Positions 38,816-52,982 of a DNA stretch of 64,000 nucleotides are shown in pieces (within the stretch, counting starts at the first letter, position 1; the number at the start of each line of letters is the position of its first letter). Location: contig NW_018480078.1 of NCBI RefSeq assembly GCF_002113885.1, forward strand, positions 437,198-501,197. The letters run 5' to 3'. A program made the position numbers and the translations under genes. The notes under the pieces are model-generated. The model saw nothing but the letters and a program-made list of their open reading frames with translations, was not told the origin of the DNA and did not search any database. Source of the stretch: Mizuhopecten yessoensis (taxonomy: Eukaryota).

Positions 38816-39439
38816 CTGTTTAAGCTATCTGTAAATTGTCAATCTAACCAAAGAAATGTATTTTTTAAAAGATTTCCATTGAGATATTATAATGAGTGTG
38901 ATCAATTCCTTTTAAATCACTTCCTGTCAAATAATATGCCTTTTTGAAAAATAAAATACTGATTAAATTAGCCAATTAAACTAAAAACGCAATAAGTGTA
39001 ACGTACCGCAAGGTGAATCGTAATTTAATGTAGGTATCTTCTCTGATTGGCCCACAGATTAACGAACACACACGAAATCTCGAACCCAGATTAGATGAGA
39101 TGATTGGTAAACTCTCTAATCACAGAAATGTTAATGACCAACATCTTCGATTTAATGGTGATTGCCAGACCCTACATATTCCACTACTATCAAAACAACG
39201 CAGTGTGACTCAAATCATCTCAGATATTAAGGCAGATTGCCCCAAAAAATATTCTTCAGGGAAGATGCTGAAATGCAACCAACTGAATCTTTTTTTTTTT
39301 TTATCTTTTTTATCAATGATATGTTTTATTTGTATAATTATCTTATTGATTTCGAGAACCTAAATGATTCGTTTCATACAATGTAAACCCTTGATTTACA
39401 CTGTCACGAAAACCCTTGTCAACACTCTCATATAACTTG

Positions 39440-39670
39440 GGGGCCATGATGGCCGATTGGTTATGACGTCTGACTGTCTACGATCACTTTGAGCCTTCCA
39501 TCACTGGTTTGCGGCTAGGAGGCCTACGTGAGGCAGTGCCAGGTACTGGCCGCATGTATGTGGTTTCCCCAGGTACTTTGGCTTTCCTCTCCCCCACTGA
39601 AACCTGGCTTGTCTAATTTAAATAACCATAGCTGTTAATTGGATGTAAAACACAAACAAACCAAACCAAA
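39440..39670 (+). mobile_element. tRNA-derived SINE with V-like domain (family S2)
   Basis: GGGGCCATGATGGCCGATTGGTTA (A box), GGTTTCCCCAGGTACTTTGGCTTTCCTC, (CAAA/CCAAA)n tail. Confidence 0.75.
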
Positions 39671-41109
39671 TCACATTTAACTCAGCATTTCTTGAGGTAC
39701 GTTGTTGATATAAAAAAAGGTATTGTTTATAACAATAATGGATAATCAGCCATCATGAAGCGTCAGTATTTTCTAATTACTTGAGCTGTTGTTATAGGTC
39801 AAATTATCACGAAATTCAAGAAAATATTGATCATTTCAGACATTTTTAAATTGTCACAGTATATCATTTTCCATCAACAAAAGGAGTTTAAAACAATTCT
39901 ATATAGTGTCATTCATATTTGGTAAATCACAAATCCCATTGCTAAATATATAAGATTTCAGGAGAAATAAAGTTTATAACACACATTTAAGTTATGAGAC
40001 AGTTATCATGTAATCCCAAAAGAGATATTCATGTCATTCTCACACAGCAAATATTCAAAGAAAACTCATGGATATACAAGCTTTAAACAAAATGCAGTAT
40101 CTCAGTGAAAGACATCAATACAGCAATGCTTAAGACAAGACATTTCTCAATTTCATCCCCATTTTCTAATGATAGCAGTTAGGCGTTAAATCAATAAACA
40201 TTTGACTTGAGTGCACTTTAAAATGCTATAATTGATATTCTGCAATGGAATCCGAATGTGTTGCCTTCTTTGTCACAAACAAAAATTAATCTTGAATTTT
40301 ACCAGATTAGAATTTAAAGTGATATCTGTTAGACAGGATATTCAAAGCGCAATCCTCAAGCTGAATTCCTGATAAATCTTGATCTTCTCGACTCCTTGAA
40401 GAAGTGAAGTTCGGAATAGAACTTCTGGTGATATACAGCTTCCAGAGCACTTTATCTTTGATTGGGACCAAAATATGCTCAGCTCCAGAAAAACAGAAAT
40501 GAATTCCAAATCAGCTTTACAAGAAAGTTACATAATGAAATATTCATCAAATGAAAAAAACAAAGAAAATATTTTACGAAAATTTCCAATTTAATTTAAA
40601 CTCTTCCACTAAAACTGAATTTTGCTAGAAAGGAAAGCAAATATTCATGCTCCCGCAACATATTGGGTGGACGATTAGGTGCTTTTCTGTCTTTCCAACC
40701 ATAAAAAAAGGAGTATAATACAACAATGTACAGCAATATATCTAATGTAGGTCACTGTGACTTACTTTTTCTGCTTCACTGACTTTGGTTTCCCTTTGTG
40801 TTAAGCTGCATTTCTTTTGGTTGACTATTTGTGTGGCATAAAGATCCAAAATTTCCATCAAAGCGAGAGCGATGGTTTTATGTATGATTTACAAGCTGTT
40901 TTTTATTTACGTTTGCATCCAAGATTTAGAAGTGTTGTAGGTCAAACATTTTGAGACATTTATTTTCAGGTATTTTCACAAGGATAGTTGATCTGTAGAT
41001 CAAATTCAAATAATAAATTTTGATTAGTTCATGCATCCTAATCCTAAAAACCGATCATTTGAATGAAAGATAATCACAAAAAAAATAGTACAGTGAATTT
41101 ATCAGTCTA

Positions 41110-41580
41110 ATTTGACCATCAATTGTTTTGATATCCTTTTTGATCGAAAACCGGTCCAATCTGATCAATGGTTATCCTGCTCTCCAGACTAAATAAAAAC
41201 CTGTCTAGTCTGACCATCATTTGTCCTGATATCCTGACTAATCAAAAACCTGTATATTCTGACCACCAACTGTCATGATATCCCGAATAATTAAAAACCT
41301 GTCTAGTCTGACCATCTATTGTTATGATACCCCAACTAATTAAAAAACCTGTCTAGTCTGACCAACAACTGTTATGATATACGAACTAATTAAAAACCTG
41401 TCTAGTCTGACCACCAATTTGTCCTGATATCCTGACTAATTAAAAACCTGTCTAGTCTGACCACCAATTTGTCCTGATATCGCGACTAATTAAAAACCTG
41501 TCTTATCTGACCACCAATTTGTCCTGATACCCATACTAAACAACCTGTACAATCTGACCACCAACTGTTCTGATCTCCTG
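41110..41580. repeat. 49-50-bp minisatellite, ~9 units
   Basis: Unit AAAAACCTGTCTAGTCTGACCACCAATTTGTCCTGATATCCTGACTAATT, degenerate at the edges. Confidence 0.9.
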
Positions 41581-42648
41581 TTTTAACTAGCTGGTATATG
41601 AACTGTCATCACTATATTCTGTTACAACCATTTAATACATTGAGATTTTCACAACTTTTGACTGTTAACTAATAATTGATCTTAATTAACCATCCAACAA
41701 CAAGGGATACAGATTATACAGCATCAATTATTTTTTTATTACAGGATAGAAAAATACTTTCTGATGAACGACGATGTAACAAAACAAAATTGGGGTGTTA
41801 ACCAACTTCTCTGAACTTAGAAAAATACTTTGGAAGAAATGCCATTTTTCACATTCTCAAACCTGGTAATTCCACAGAGTTTTCACTTCCAAGTACAAAT
41901 TATGCCTCCATTTTATATGTGACAGCGAATGATAAATATGCAGCTATCAGTTTTCTTTTTTACCTAATTTTCCTGATAGCAATGTTCATAAAATATCTGC
42001 TTTGCCTTTTTTCAAAAGATAGTTAAGATACTAAATGACAGCTATGTGATTTTGTATATTGTTATTACCAAACAATCATAGATGAATGCTCTGCCATAAA
42101 TATCCAACAACTATTGCCCTATAAACATTCATGTAAATAATATTGTATAATGTCCCAGAGATTCCAAGGAGATTCATGTCAGAAGCTGCATGAATATAAT
42201 GCGAGATTTAATGCCGATATTGATATGAGAGATTTGATGTTGAGATTAATGTCAGAGATTTGACGTCCTGTTTACTGTCATGGATTAAACGTGAGGTGTG
42301 TGGAGAGGATAAGAGAGTAATTTCTGGTCTCGTTTATCTAATAACATCTGTCGATTAATCGAGACAATTCTGTGAAATTACCCATTTTTGTAATGTATGC
42401 TCGGTTGAGTAAGGAATATAGATGATGCTGTACCGTATTTTCTGGCCACGGCCAGTATTTCCAATGCTAATTTGTCAGACAGAACATAATATTCACTTAT
42501 GGACCTCACTAAGAATCGAGATATTTGCAAAATAATGAAATACACACCGATTTATTTTGTCACACATTATTTAATATTCATTTTGTTCGTGTAACACATT
42601 ATTTACTATACAACACCACAATGTAAAATATTATTTATTATATTCAAT

Positions 42649-44090
42649 CCTGGTAAGGGCGGCCCAAGGATGGTTGCCCGCAGGCACCCCTATACCCTTA
42701 GCCAGGGGAAAACGGAGGCCGGAAACTGGCCCCCTGTCCAGCAAACCCAACACCTGGGGGGAAACCCCCAGGTTCCCGGAAGAATGAAACTCAGGACAGG
42801 ACCTAATAGGACCGGGTCAGGGTAACTGACCGGAGGGTAAGCCTGACCAGCATTGGTGACGGGATTAGTGAGCTGCGCGTCACTAATCCCGGTAGACACA
42901 GACAATCCCGAAAGAAAGTCTGAAGTCACACCAGGACCTGAACCCGAAAGAACAGGCCCGGCACCAAGACTGTCCCCAACGACAGCACCACCTTGGAATG
43001 CCGGGATCACAGAGTCAATGACCGGCGGCCAGTAGTCCCTACCCGAAGGCAAGCGCGAAAGCTTACGGGTAGCTTGAGGGTAGCTTTGGAACAATGAAGT
43101 CCTTGTCCTGAGATTTAGCCCCTCCCCTACTCCAGGGAGTTCCTGGACAGGAAGGGCCACCCCCTGCTCACGAGAGGGACTCGGCAAAGTGAGACCCCCT
43201 GAGACAAGAACAGAGACAGTACCACCAGACCCCAGAGAGCTGGTGGCATGACCCCCTACCTCTTTGCTTCCCTCGCTTACCGGAAGAAACAGACGAATCT
43301 CTCTTACGGTAAGTTGAGGGTAGCTTTGGAACAATGAGGTCCTTGTCCTGAGATTTAGTCTGCGAACAAAGTTCACAAGGCGAACCTCACTGCAAGGACG
43401 ACACCTGGGACAAGCATCATGAGGGTCCCGTTCCACGAAGAAATGGGAACACCCATGAGCTCTACCTCGTAGCTGTCCCGACAGAGACATACCCTCAAAA
43501 GCGAAAGTAAACAAAAATTTACAAGCAGATAAATACCGGAAAAATAATAAAATACGATAGTACAAAGTACGCAACATAGAAAGAATTTCACCCGTAATAT
43601 AAATCAGAAAACGGTTAAAATAAATAACGTTTGCCGAAACAAACAACCGTCACTGAAATAAACAGAGGTCGGAAATTAACTCACAATAATGGCGGACCGC
43701 GTGGCACACCACCGGCACACGTCGAGTAAAATAACCGGCCGTAAAAGGCACAAAAATAATTTTCAACAATAATTAATTGAATTAACAAGGGCAAATGTGT
43801 TTAAGGCACACAAACTGCGCAATAAATTGTGTTGACGCTCAAATCAAACCGACAAAACAAAGTTTTAAAATGGAGCTAGCTCCGGGCGTCAGCAGGCAGC
43901 AGGCGCCATAAAAGGAAGAGGAAGGGAGATCACTCCGTGGCTCTGTCGTCAAGATATGGGTTACGTCACGGTAGGTAGGTAGGGGTATTTGAATCTTTTG
44001 TTTTTGGGCTACAAAGATGGGTGTAGGTATTGTATATGCATACTAAAGTTATGGTAATTATTACTGAAATGAAAAGATAAATTAACCGGA
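42649..44090 (-). mobile_element. 5' fragment of a DIRS-like (tyrosine-recombinase) retrotransposon with decayed gag-like ORF1
   Basis: Abrupt GC/CpG-rich island; from ATG at 43490: MSLSGQLRGRAHGCSHFFVERDPHDACPRCRPCS (C-x-DxHxxCxxC zinc-knuckle seen at the start of DIRS ORF1), followed by low-complexity S/P/G-rich sequence; no RT, RNase H or recombinase visible. Confidence 0.6.
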
Positions 44091-44713
44091 GGGCATAACT
44101 TCACCGACGTTGTCTGGTCCTGCACAATAGGCCAGGTAGGATCGCATGCTTCAGCGTAAATTATTGACACTTCTCAACACTACAGTCAATACAAATTACA
44201 ATGCAGTAATTAGCTAACACTATATCTGTGATTACCCCTTAACAATAAATAGATTTGCAGTCGCGATCGACGAACCGTGTTGTTGTTTTTTTCACTCACC
44301 AACACGTGGTGTGAATTACGAAGCCTTACTGAATTGTCATAACTACTGACTGATTTGACTGATAAGGGATTATAAAAAAATATGTGTATACTAGAAGCGT
44401 GGACAATCTATCTGCACCAAGATGTCGAAACATAAGTCGTTCGGCGATTATCTGGCATAGGAATTTGGCTAAACTTTCTTTGTTAACAGTTACCTATTTA
44501 ATAATACTTTTCACATAAACTCAGGTAACAATACAGTATGTATCAATTGTATCTTTTATTGATGTTTGACATAAATAAATGTGTTGATCGTCGTTTGTCT
44601 TTGAGTTCTGTGTACCAAGGGAGATTATCTTGTGTCCAAAATGGCGGTCTGCCAGAATCATCGATCTTTTCATGAAAAAAACTTGAAATTGCTAATACCT
44701 ATGTATTTTGCGC

Positions 44714-44764
44714 NNNNNNNNNNNNNNNNNNNNNNNNNNNNNNNNNNNNNNNNNNNNNNNNNNN
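44714..44764. other. Assembly gap (N run)
   Basis: Run of n. Confidence 1.
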
Positions 44765-46322
44765 CCCCCACACTTTGGGTATTAAATTTCTGGGAAAAAA
44801 AGTGCGCAAATTACCTGGGTTTTTACGGTAAATACACGTCAGTCTAATTGCTAGTATCTACCTTAATAAAATTAACTTGAATTAAACTGCTTCACCTCTT
44901 ATATATTAAATTATTATACTTATAACCTGATCATTTCTTTTTAGTTAGTAAGTTTAGAAGCAAAACATCAATTTTTATCAGTCTGATCCTGATAAATGTC
45001 ACATGTGAAAAAATTAAATTTCCATTCAAACCTGCAGAAAAAATCAATAATATGAAAGAAAAAAAATCCATTTGCTTTCCAATGTCAACAAAATATCTCT
45101 GCATGGCTTATAATTTTAACCAAAATTTTTTTTTTTTATTTCTTAACAGTATTGCCTAGTTACAAATTTAAACATTGGTATCAGGCAAAAGTGATCTGCA
45201 GGCATCTATTTCAATTATAGAACAGCTATTGAACCGCTATTATGCAATAGACCTGGAATGCATGTCATATTCCCATCTCACTTATTGATATAGATTTCTA
45301 TATAACAGGATCTAAACTTGGAACTCATCCATTTAAATTTACCCGTTTTCATTGGAAAGATTTTGAAATATTCATGACTATTCGTTGTAGTTTCACCAGA
45401 AAAGAAAATGATAAATTAAAAAAAAAATAAAAATGGTTATAAGTCTGGGTTTTCTTGAATAAAAATTGAAGTATTAATATTACAAGAAAATAACATTAAA
45501 CTTAGCACAGATGTGTTTAAGACCAGCAGCGAGTGAGTGAGTGTCAGCCAAACTTAAGTTCATATCTAGCAGAGTAAAGTACTGCATGGCAGTATGTTCT
45601 TAAGTACTGGAGAAAGTGATTTCAATGATATCTATGATAATAACATTGAGATTTGCTTATTTTTCCTGCAACATGTTGAAAGCCCTACTCAGATCCCTGC
45701 CAAAGGTCAAATCATCCTCATCAAGTGTAAGAAGAATTAGGTCACCGTGACCTAGTTCATGCAGACCTGAACGTACTGATTGAAGATAGATTTTCTTGTG
45801 CCGAAAACCTCTGATCTCTCAGAGAAATCCCGGGTAATCGTGCACAAAACCATACAGATTGTCTGCTGATCAACAGAAACATTTCATGTTTGAGATGTAG
45901 GGTCATGTGATAAACTACAGCTGACTACATCATTCCCTTACTGCCACTAGGGTAGACTGACCACTGCCCCGGCAGACAGGCTTATTTTGCTTGGAAGAGT
46001 AACGATTTACTATCATGTACTGTACTAATATTTTCATACCCCTTGGGACAAGTGCATGTTTATACCTCAACTCTCCAAGTACATCGCCAAAACATTATAC
46101 CGACAAACCAGCTTCATTTGTGCCCATTTCTGCGCTCCATACAGCAATTGGTCCTAAATGACTTACACTTGTCGATGGCCATAAAACAATACACATCAAT
46201 CCATATTTAAGACTCCATAGTTTCAAAATATAACTATAAAGCATGAAGTTATTTTTCTCTCTCAATGAATTATAACTTCCGTTTATCTCCTTTTACCAAA
46301 ATACCATATACCTAGAGGGGGG

Positions 46323-46335
46323 NNNNNNNNNNNNN
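46323..46335. other. Assembly gap inside a poly-G tract
   Basis: Run of n flanked by G runs. Confidence 1.
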
Positions 46336-47039
46336 GGGGGGGTATTTGTTATTGATGATTTTATCTGCAGTCACCCAAAGGTCAAAAGTCCTATCATAAT
46401 TTTCCTGCAATATGCCTATTGCTTAAGGGGGTCAACGCATGAACTTTGACTCAAAATAAGGTAGAGGGTGATAAATGCAGGACACTCGATTAATAAGCAT
46501 TTGTTAGCATTTCGAATAACATGGATGGAATTTAACCAGGCATATAGGATCTTAAATTGCCAGATAATTATATACCGTATGGTATATCTTAGAAGAAAAA
46601 TAATCAAAAGGGCTCCATTAAGTAACACAAAAGTGTCACCATGGCCACCCCTGACATACCAAGAGCTGTTGGAGAACAGGCCATAGCTCGCCTATTGGCG
46701 ATATATGTTTTAAGATAGCAAATATCAATAGAAACACATGTACAGTAAAACCTCGATATAATGCCCGTCATATCATTTGCTTGACCTCACTTAATTACCA
46801 CCAACATTCGTTCTATCAGGTCCCTTGATTGTGTTTTCCTTAAGAATTCCTTATACGTTTCCCACAATTCATTGCCAAACCCATTTATAAAGCAAACATT
46901 TCTTTGAAAAAATGATGGCAATGTAACAAGGTTTTGCTGTACCTTAACAAGTAAGAAGAGATGACCAGCCAACGTGAAATAGTTAACTGCGTATTGATGG
47001 TGGTGACCGATACAACACTGCACATTCTCCCAATAGGAG

Positions 47040-49787
47040 AGCTAAAACACACTGACAAGGACAGCTATAGAGCAGACAGAAACACACTGACAAGGATAGC
47101 TATAGAGTAGACATAAACACACTGAAAAGGACAGCTATAGAGTAGACATAAACACACTGACAGGGACAGCTATACACACTGACAAGGATAGCTATAGAGT
47201 AGACATAAACACACTGACAGGGACAGCTGTAGAGTAGACAGAAACACACTGACAAGGACAGCTATAGAGTAGACATAAACACACTGACAGGGACAGCTGT
47301 AGAGTAGACAGAAACACACTGACAAGGACAGCTATAGAGAAGACAGAAACACACTGACAAGGACAGCTATAGAGTAGGCAGAAACACACTGCCAAGGACA
47401 GCTATAGAGTAGACAGAAACACACGGACAAGGACAGCTATAGAGTAGACAGAAACACACTGAGAAGGACAGCTATAGAGTAGACAGAAACACACTGAGAA
47501 GGACAGCTATAGAGTAGACAGAAACACACTGACAGGGACAGCTATAGAGTAGACAGAAACACACTGACAAGGCCAGCTATAGAGCAGACAGAAACACACT
47601 GACAAGGACAGATATAGAGCTGACAGAAACACACTGACAAGGACAGCTATAAAGCTGACAGAAACACACTGACAAGGACAGCTATAGAGTAGACAGAAAC
47701 GCACGGACAAGGACAGCTATAGAGTAGACAGAAACACACGTACAAGGACAGCTATAGAGTAGACAGAAACACACGTACAAGGACAGCTATAGAGTAGACA
47801 GAAACACACGTACAAGGACAGCTATAGAGTAGACAGAAACACACTGACAAGGACAGCTATAGAGCTGACAGAAACACACTGACAAGGAGAGCTATATATA
47901 TAGAGAGAGCTGACATAAACACACTAACAAGGACAGCTATAGAGTAGACAGAAACACACTAACAAGGACAGCTATATAGCAGACAGAAACACACTGACAA
48001 GGACAGCTATAGAGTAGACAGAAACACACTGACAAGGACAGCTATAGAGTAGACAGAAACACACTGACAAGGACAGCTATAGAGCTGACAGAAACACACC
48101 GACAAGGATAGCTATAGAGTAGACAGAAATACACTGACAAGGACAGCTATAGAGTAGACAGAAACACACTGACAAGGACAGCTATAGAAATATAGTGCAG
48201 ACAGAAACACACTGACAAGGACAGCTATATATATAGAGAGAGCTGACAGAAACACACTGACAAGGACAGCTATAGAGTAGACATAAACACACTGACAGGG
48301 ACAGCTATAGAGTAGACAGAAACACACTGCCAAGGACAGCTATAGAGAAGACAGAAACACACTGACAAGGACAGCTATAGAGTATACAGAAACACACTGA
48401 CAAGGACAGATATAGAGTAGACATAAACACACTAACAAGGATAGCTATAGAGCTGACAGAAACACCCTGACAAGGACAGATATAGAGCTGACAGAAACAC
48501 ACTGACAAAGACAGCAATAGAGTAGACAGAAACACACTGACAAGGACAGCTATATAGAGCTGACATAAACACACTGACAATGACAGCTATAGAGCTGACA
48601 GAAACACACTGACAAGGACAACTATAGAGCTGACAGAAACACACTGACAAGGACAACTATAGAGCTGACAGAAACACACTGACAAGGACAACTATAGAGC
48701 TGACAGAAACACACTGACAAGGACAGATATAGAGCTGACAGAAACACACTGACAAAGACAGCAATAGAGTAGACAGAAACACACTGACAAGGACAGCAAT
48801 AGAGTAGACAGAAACACACTGACAAGGACAGCAATAGAGTAGACAGAAACACACTGACAAGGACAGCAATAGAGTAGACAGAAACACACTGACAAGGACA
48901 GCTATAGTAGTAGACAGAAACACACTGACAAGGACAGCTATATAGAGCTGACATAAACACACTGACAATGACAGCTATAGAGCTGACAGAAACACACTGA
49001 CAAGCACAGCTATATATATAGAGAGAGCTGACATAAACACACTGACAAGGACAGCTATAGAGGAGACATAAACACACTGACAAGGACAGCTATAGAGCTA
49101 ACAGAAACACACTGACAAGGACAGCTATATAAATATAGTGCAGACAGAAACACACTGACAAGGACAGCTATAGAGTAGACAGAAACACACTGACAAGGAC
49201 AGCTATAGAGTATACAGAAACACACTGACAAGGACAGATATAGAGTAGACATAAACACACTGACAAGGACAGCTATAGAGTAGACATAAACACACTGACA
49301 AGGACAGCTATAGAGCAGACATAAACACACTAACAAGGATAGCTATAGAGCTGACAGAAACACACTGACAAGGACAGATATAGAGCTGACAGAAACACAA
49401 TGACAAGGACAGCTATAGAGTAGACAGAAACACACTGACAAGGACAGATATAGAGTAGACATAAACACACTGACAAGGACAGCTATAGAGCTGACAGAAA
49501 CACACTGACAAGCACAGCTATATATATAGAGAGAGCTGACATAAACACACTGACAAGGACAGCTATAGAGCTGACATAAACACACTGACAAGTACATCTA
49601 TAGAGCTGACAGAAACACACAGACAAGCACAGCTATATAGAGAGAGAGAGCTGACATAAACACACTGACAAGTACAGCTATAGAGCTGACTGAAACACAC
49701 TGACAAGCACCGCTATATATATAGAGAGAACTGACATAAACACACTGACAAGGACAGCTATAGAGTAGACAGAAACACACTGACAAA
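47040..49787. repeat. 35-bp minisatellite, ~75-80 units
   Basis: Unit AGACAGAAACACACTGACAAGGACAGCTATAGAGT with recurring variants. Confidence 0.97.
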
Positions 49788-49789
49788 TA

Positions 49790-49898
49790 CAGTCAAACAC
49801 GTATTAACAGATATTAATATTGGGGAACATTAAAATTGGTCTTGTGACACAGATGGCCTCTTAATGCCGGGGGTGGTCACATTGATGTGGTTTGACTC
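49790..49898. mobile_element. Short TA-flanked MITE (CAGTCAAAC ends)
   Basis: ta|CAGTCAAACAC...GTGGTTTGACT. Confidence 0.55.
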
Positions 49899-51227
49899 GA
49901 TCAAGATTATGTATTGAAGCAATTATATATACATATTTGTTCTTTCTTAAACTAGAATTGATACCAATATTATGTATGATTCAAATAAAGTATAAAAATA
50001 CAACAACTTTATTGATCATCTGACTTCTTCTAACCATTACTTCCATTATTCATAAGCTCTGTTGTGGGATCAAGACCTTAGGTATGATTGGTGTCTTCAG
50101 GAACCAGATTTTTACATACAAATATCACCTATCTAGGCAAAATATCCACGCATGATTTATAACGAATGCTGGTACATCATTCACACATTCTTTTTTGCTC
50201 TGATTATTAAATTATGGAACACTAATCATAGTCTGATGGATCGGCACAGATATAAGACAGTCCACCACAATCTTATCTGAAGAGTGTAAACAGGGGAGAC
50301 AACTGTGAAAAGTCAAAATACCAATTACCACCCTCATCCATCATGTAAGATTATTTCCATATACAGGAATCACAGCTGGGTATTGGCTCCATTCTCCACT
50401 GGGGAAATAAATGTAAGGACTGGTTCAAATCTTGTAGGGATCTAGGTTAATCTGAAATAAATTTCTTTATTTTTCTTCACTGGAATATTCCTGAAACCCT
50501 CTAGCCTTGTTCTATCAGTATTATTGTAACAAAATTTATCCAGATATCCTCACTTATTCATTTACAGTAGCCTTTTAAAATAATACATAATTATATACAT
50601 GTGTATACCTATGATGCACTGATCAACATATAAATAAAACTGGTTTTAGAAGTTCATACAAAAATGGGGTGAAATTTGCTGACAATCAAATTGGAAAAAT
50701 TGTTCAGGACATTATCTGTCAGCGACAAAATGGAAAAAAATATATCATAAGAATGGCATACTTTGAAAAATGTCAGAACTACATACATGCATACCGTTAC
50801 CTCCCAGAGCCAGATGCCAGACTGAGAAACTGCCAGAACTATATATTTACAGTACTGTTAACACTGATGTGTGAGCTGTATTTTCTACCACTACATAAAG
50901 GTAAGCATGTGATCTGAGGAAATTGAAAGGACATTATCAAAAAGAAATTCAATTGAATTGCATGATGATGGTACAGTGTTCTTTATCAGCACTGTACCAT
51001 CGACTTATCCTTCAGTGCCATCTCTTTGAACAAAATTAAGGGGGAGCTTGCACCAGTTCAAAACCAAAATCCTGTACCTCATTTTTTTAAAGCTAAAATT
51101 TATTGAAGGGACAGATCAAATTAAGTAGGTATACATATACATATATCCAATAGGGTCATATCAATTTTTCAAAGCTGGACTTCATGGTTTTATGGATTTA
51201 TGAACAGGGACCACAAAAAATATGTTG

Positions 51228-52982
51228 CCGTATTTTACCGGCAATAAGCCCCCTCTCGAAAATAAGCCCACTCCCCACTTTGGTAAATGTCCTGGGAACA
51301 GGGTGGGTGCCTGCCATTATAAAGCCCCCTCCCCCCCTTATTTAAGATATTTAAAAGAAATATACACTTTATAATGTATCCCTAATGAAAATCTAGTAAC
51401 AATAATAATAATAATAATAATAATAATTTGAGGTTCTTATATACCGCTTTATAACAACCTAGTTCATAGGTCGTCTCAAAGAGGTTCTCAAATTATTATC
51501 CATGGTTATAGGGCCTTTGCAACCAGGCGATATCTTTCTCAACTCCCTGGGGAGCATACAGCCGGAGCTGCCATTTTGGCGCTCACAGCTAGCATTCTAC
51601 AGTTGTAGCACTGCCCAACCACATACTCATTTACAGCTGAGTAGACTGGAACAAGCGGAGTAAAGTATCTTGCTCAAAGATACAACACAGTGCTGTGGCG
51701 TGACACGAACCCGCAACCCTTCGGTCATTAGCACGACGTCCTTCCACTAGACTACTCAGTGCCTCCAAACAATATTGAAGTGGGGCATGCATCCTTAATG
51801 GAACATCAATACAGAGGAGCCTTGATAATCCAGTCACCTTTATTTCCAGCAAAAGTGGCTGGGTTGTTAGACTGCTAAATTACTGATTACTCCCAGGGAT
51901 AACTTTTGAATAGAAAATGACCGATCTTACCCCTAAAACACTGTCTGGAACATGAGACAATTAATTGGATTACTGGTGGTTGTAATTACGATGCTCTTAG
52001 ACTATTCTGGTTACACTGAAGCCATCTGATGCTTAAAAGTGGGCAAAGCATCCTTAATCAAACATCAGCATTCTAGTTTAAAAAACACAAGACACAATTG
52101 CATCCTTGATATTAGGGTCAACATCACATTTCTTTTCTTGTCTGGATCCATTTGAAGCAGAAAATGATACAAAACATGAAACTAGAGAATGTAACTGGTA
52201 TTTTAGTTTCAAAATATACCTAAGCTGGCATGTTTGATGCAAGACATACATAAAACGTCTATTTCAATTCAGACAGTTTGACATAAAATGGCAGCTGTTT
52301 GTTTCTGCTACAACATACACACTACACAATTTGAAATTGATTTCTGAAGTTTATTTTTGCTAAAATTGTTATTCCAATATATTTTGTTAAAAATATATTC
52401 ATTATTTCTAGGTTTTATTTACAATATAGACCAAATTGTGATGTATCAAACTCTAAACCATTAATTTACATTTTGAAAGAAATATATTATATTTGCCAAA
52501 ACATTTGAAATTTTGGGAAAAAAACCAGTAGGATACTTGTATATGTATATGGCTGCAGAGTTTACCTCCAAAATTCTGCAAATCAATGAGTGTCTAAAAT
52601 CTGACAAGTCTGAAGGCATGATCATGAGACTGTGCTTTGTGGCTGATTGTCACCATCTTTCTAATTCGACACAAGAATTTATGATCTCAAAAAATAGAAA
52701 GAAAGAATGTACATGTACATTTTGAGAGGAAACACTACTGTATATAGAGTAATCTCCCTTTTAAACCGTTTATCTGTCATCATAGCCCCCACAACATGAA
52801 CAACTATATATTTAAGTACATAATATTTAGTGTGGTCATAGATCCAAACAGTGGTACAGTATATCCAAGATGGCGGACATTTGTGAACAGGGGGACGGGA
52901 TACTCGCAATTAAGCCCCCTCCCTACTTTTGGCCATGTTTTTTTTTACTAGGGGTGGGGCTTACTTGCTGTCAAGTAGGGTA
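51228..52982. mobile_element. Possible decayed pogo/mariner-like element delimited by ATAAGCCC-type ends
   Basis: Left CCGTATTTTACCGGCAATAAGCCC, right GGGCTTACTTGCTGTCAAGTAGGG|ta; subterminal TAAGCCC...CACTTT repeats at both ends; no transposase ORF. Confidence 0.45.
51398..51766 (-). mobile_element. Full-length tRNA-derived SINE (family S1) with CORE-like and Deu-like domains and (ATT)n tail
   Basis: Minus strand: GGAGGCAC..TAGTCTAGTGG (A box), GGTTCGTGTC (B box), TCTTTGAGCAAGATACTTTACTC, CTGTATGCTCCCCAGGGAGTTGAG, LINE-like end AAGCGGTATATAAG, (ATT)n. Confidence 0.8.

Noticed and set aside
38550-38834. 94-aa ORF with a 15-aa repeat
   Set aside because: Translation of the 45-bp minisatellite
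42431-44830. Single TA-flanked element enclosing the DIRS-like fragment (TACCGTA...TACGGTA)
   Set aside because: Only 7 bp of the ends match and an assembly gap intervenes; the right end is probably a separate pogo-like terminus
47192-49786. Cys-rich metallothionein- or keratin-like ORFs
   Set aside because: A 35-bp unit cycles through all three frames, producing the same peptides in overlapping ORFs; non-coding
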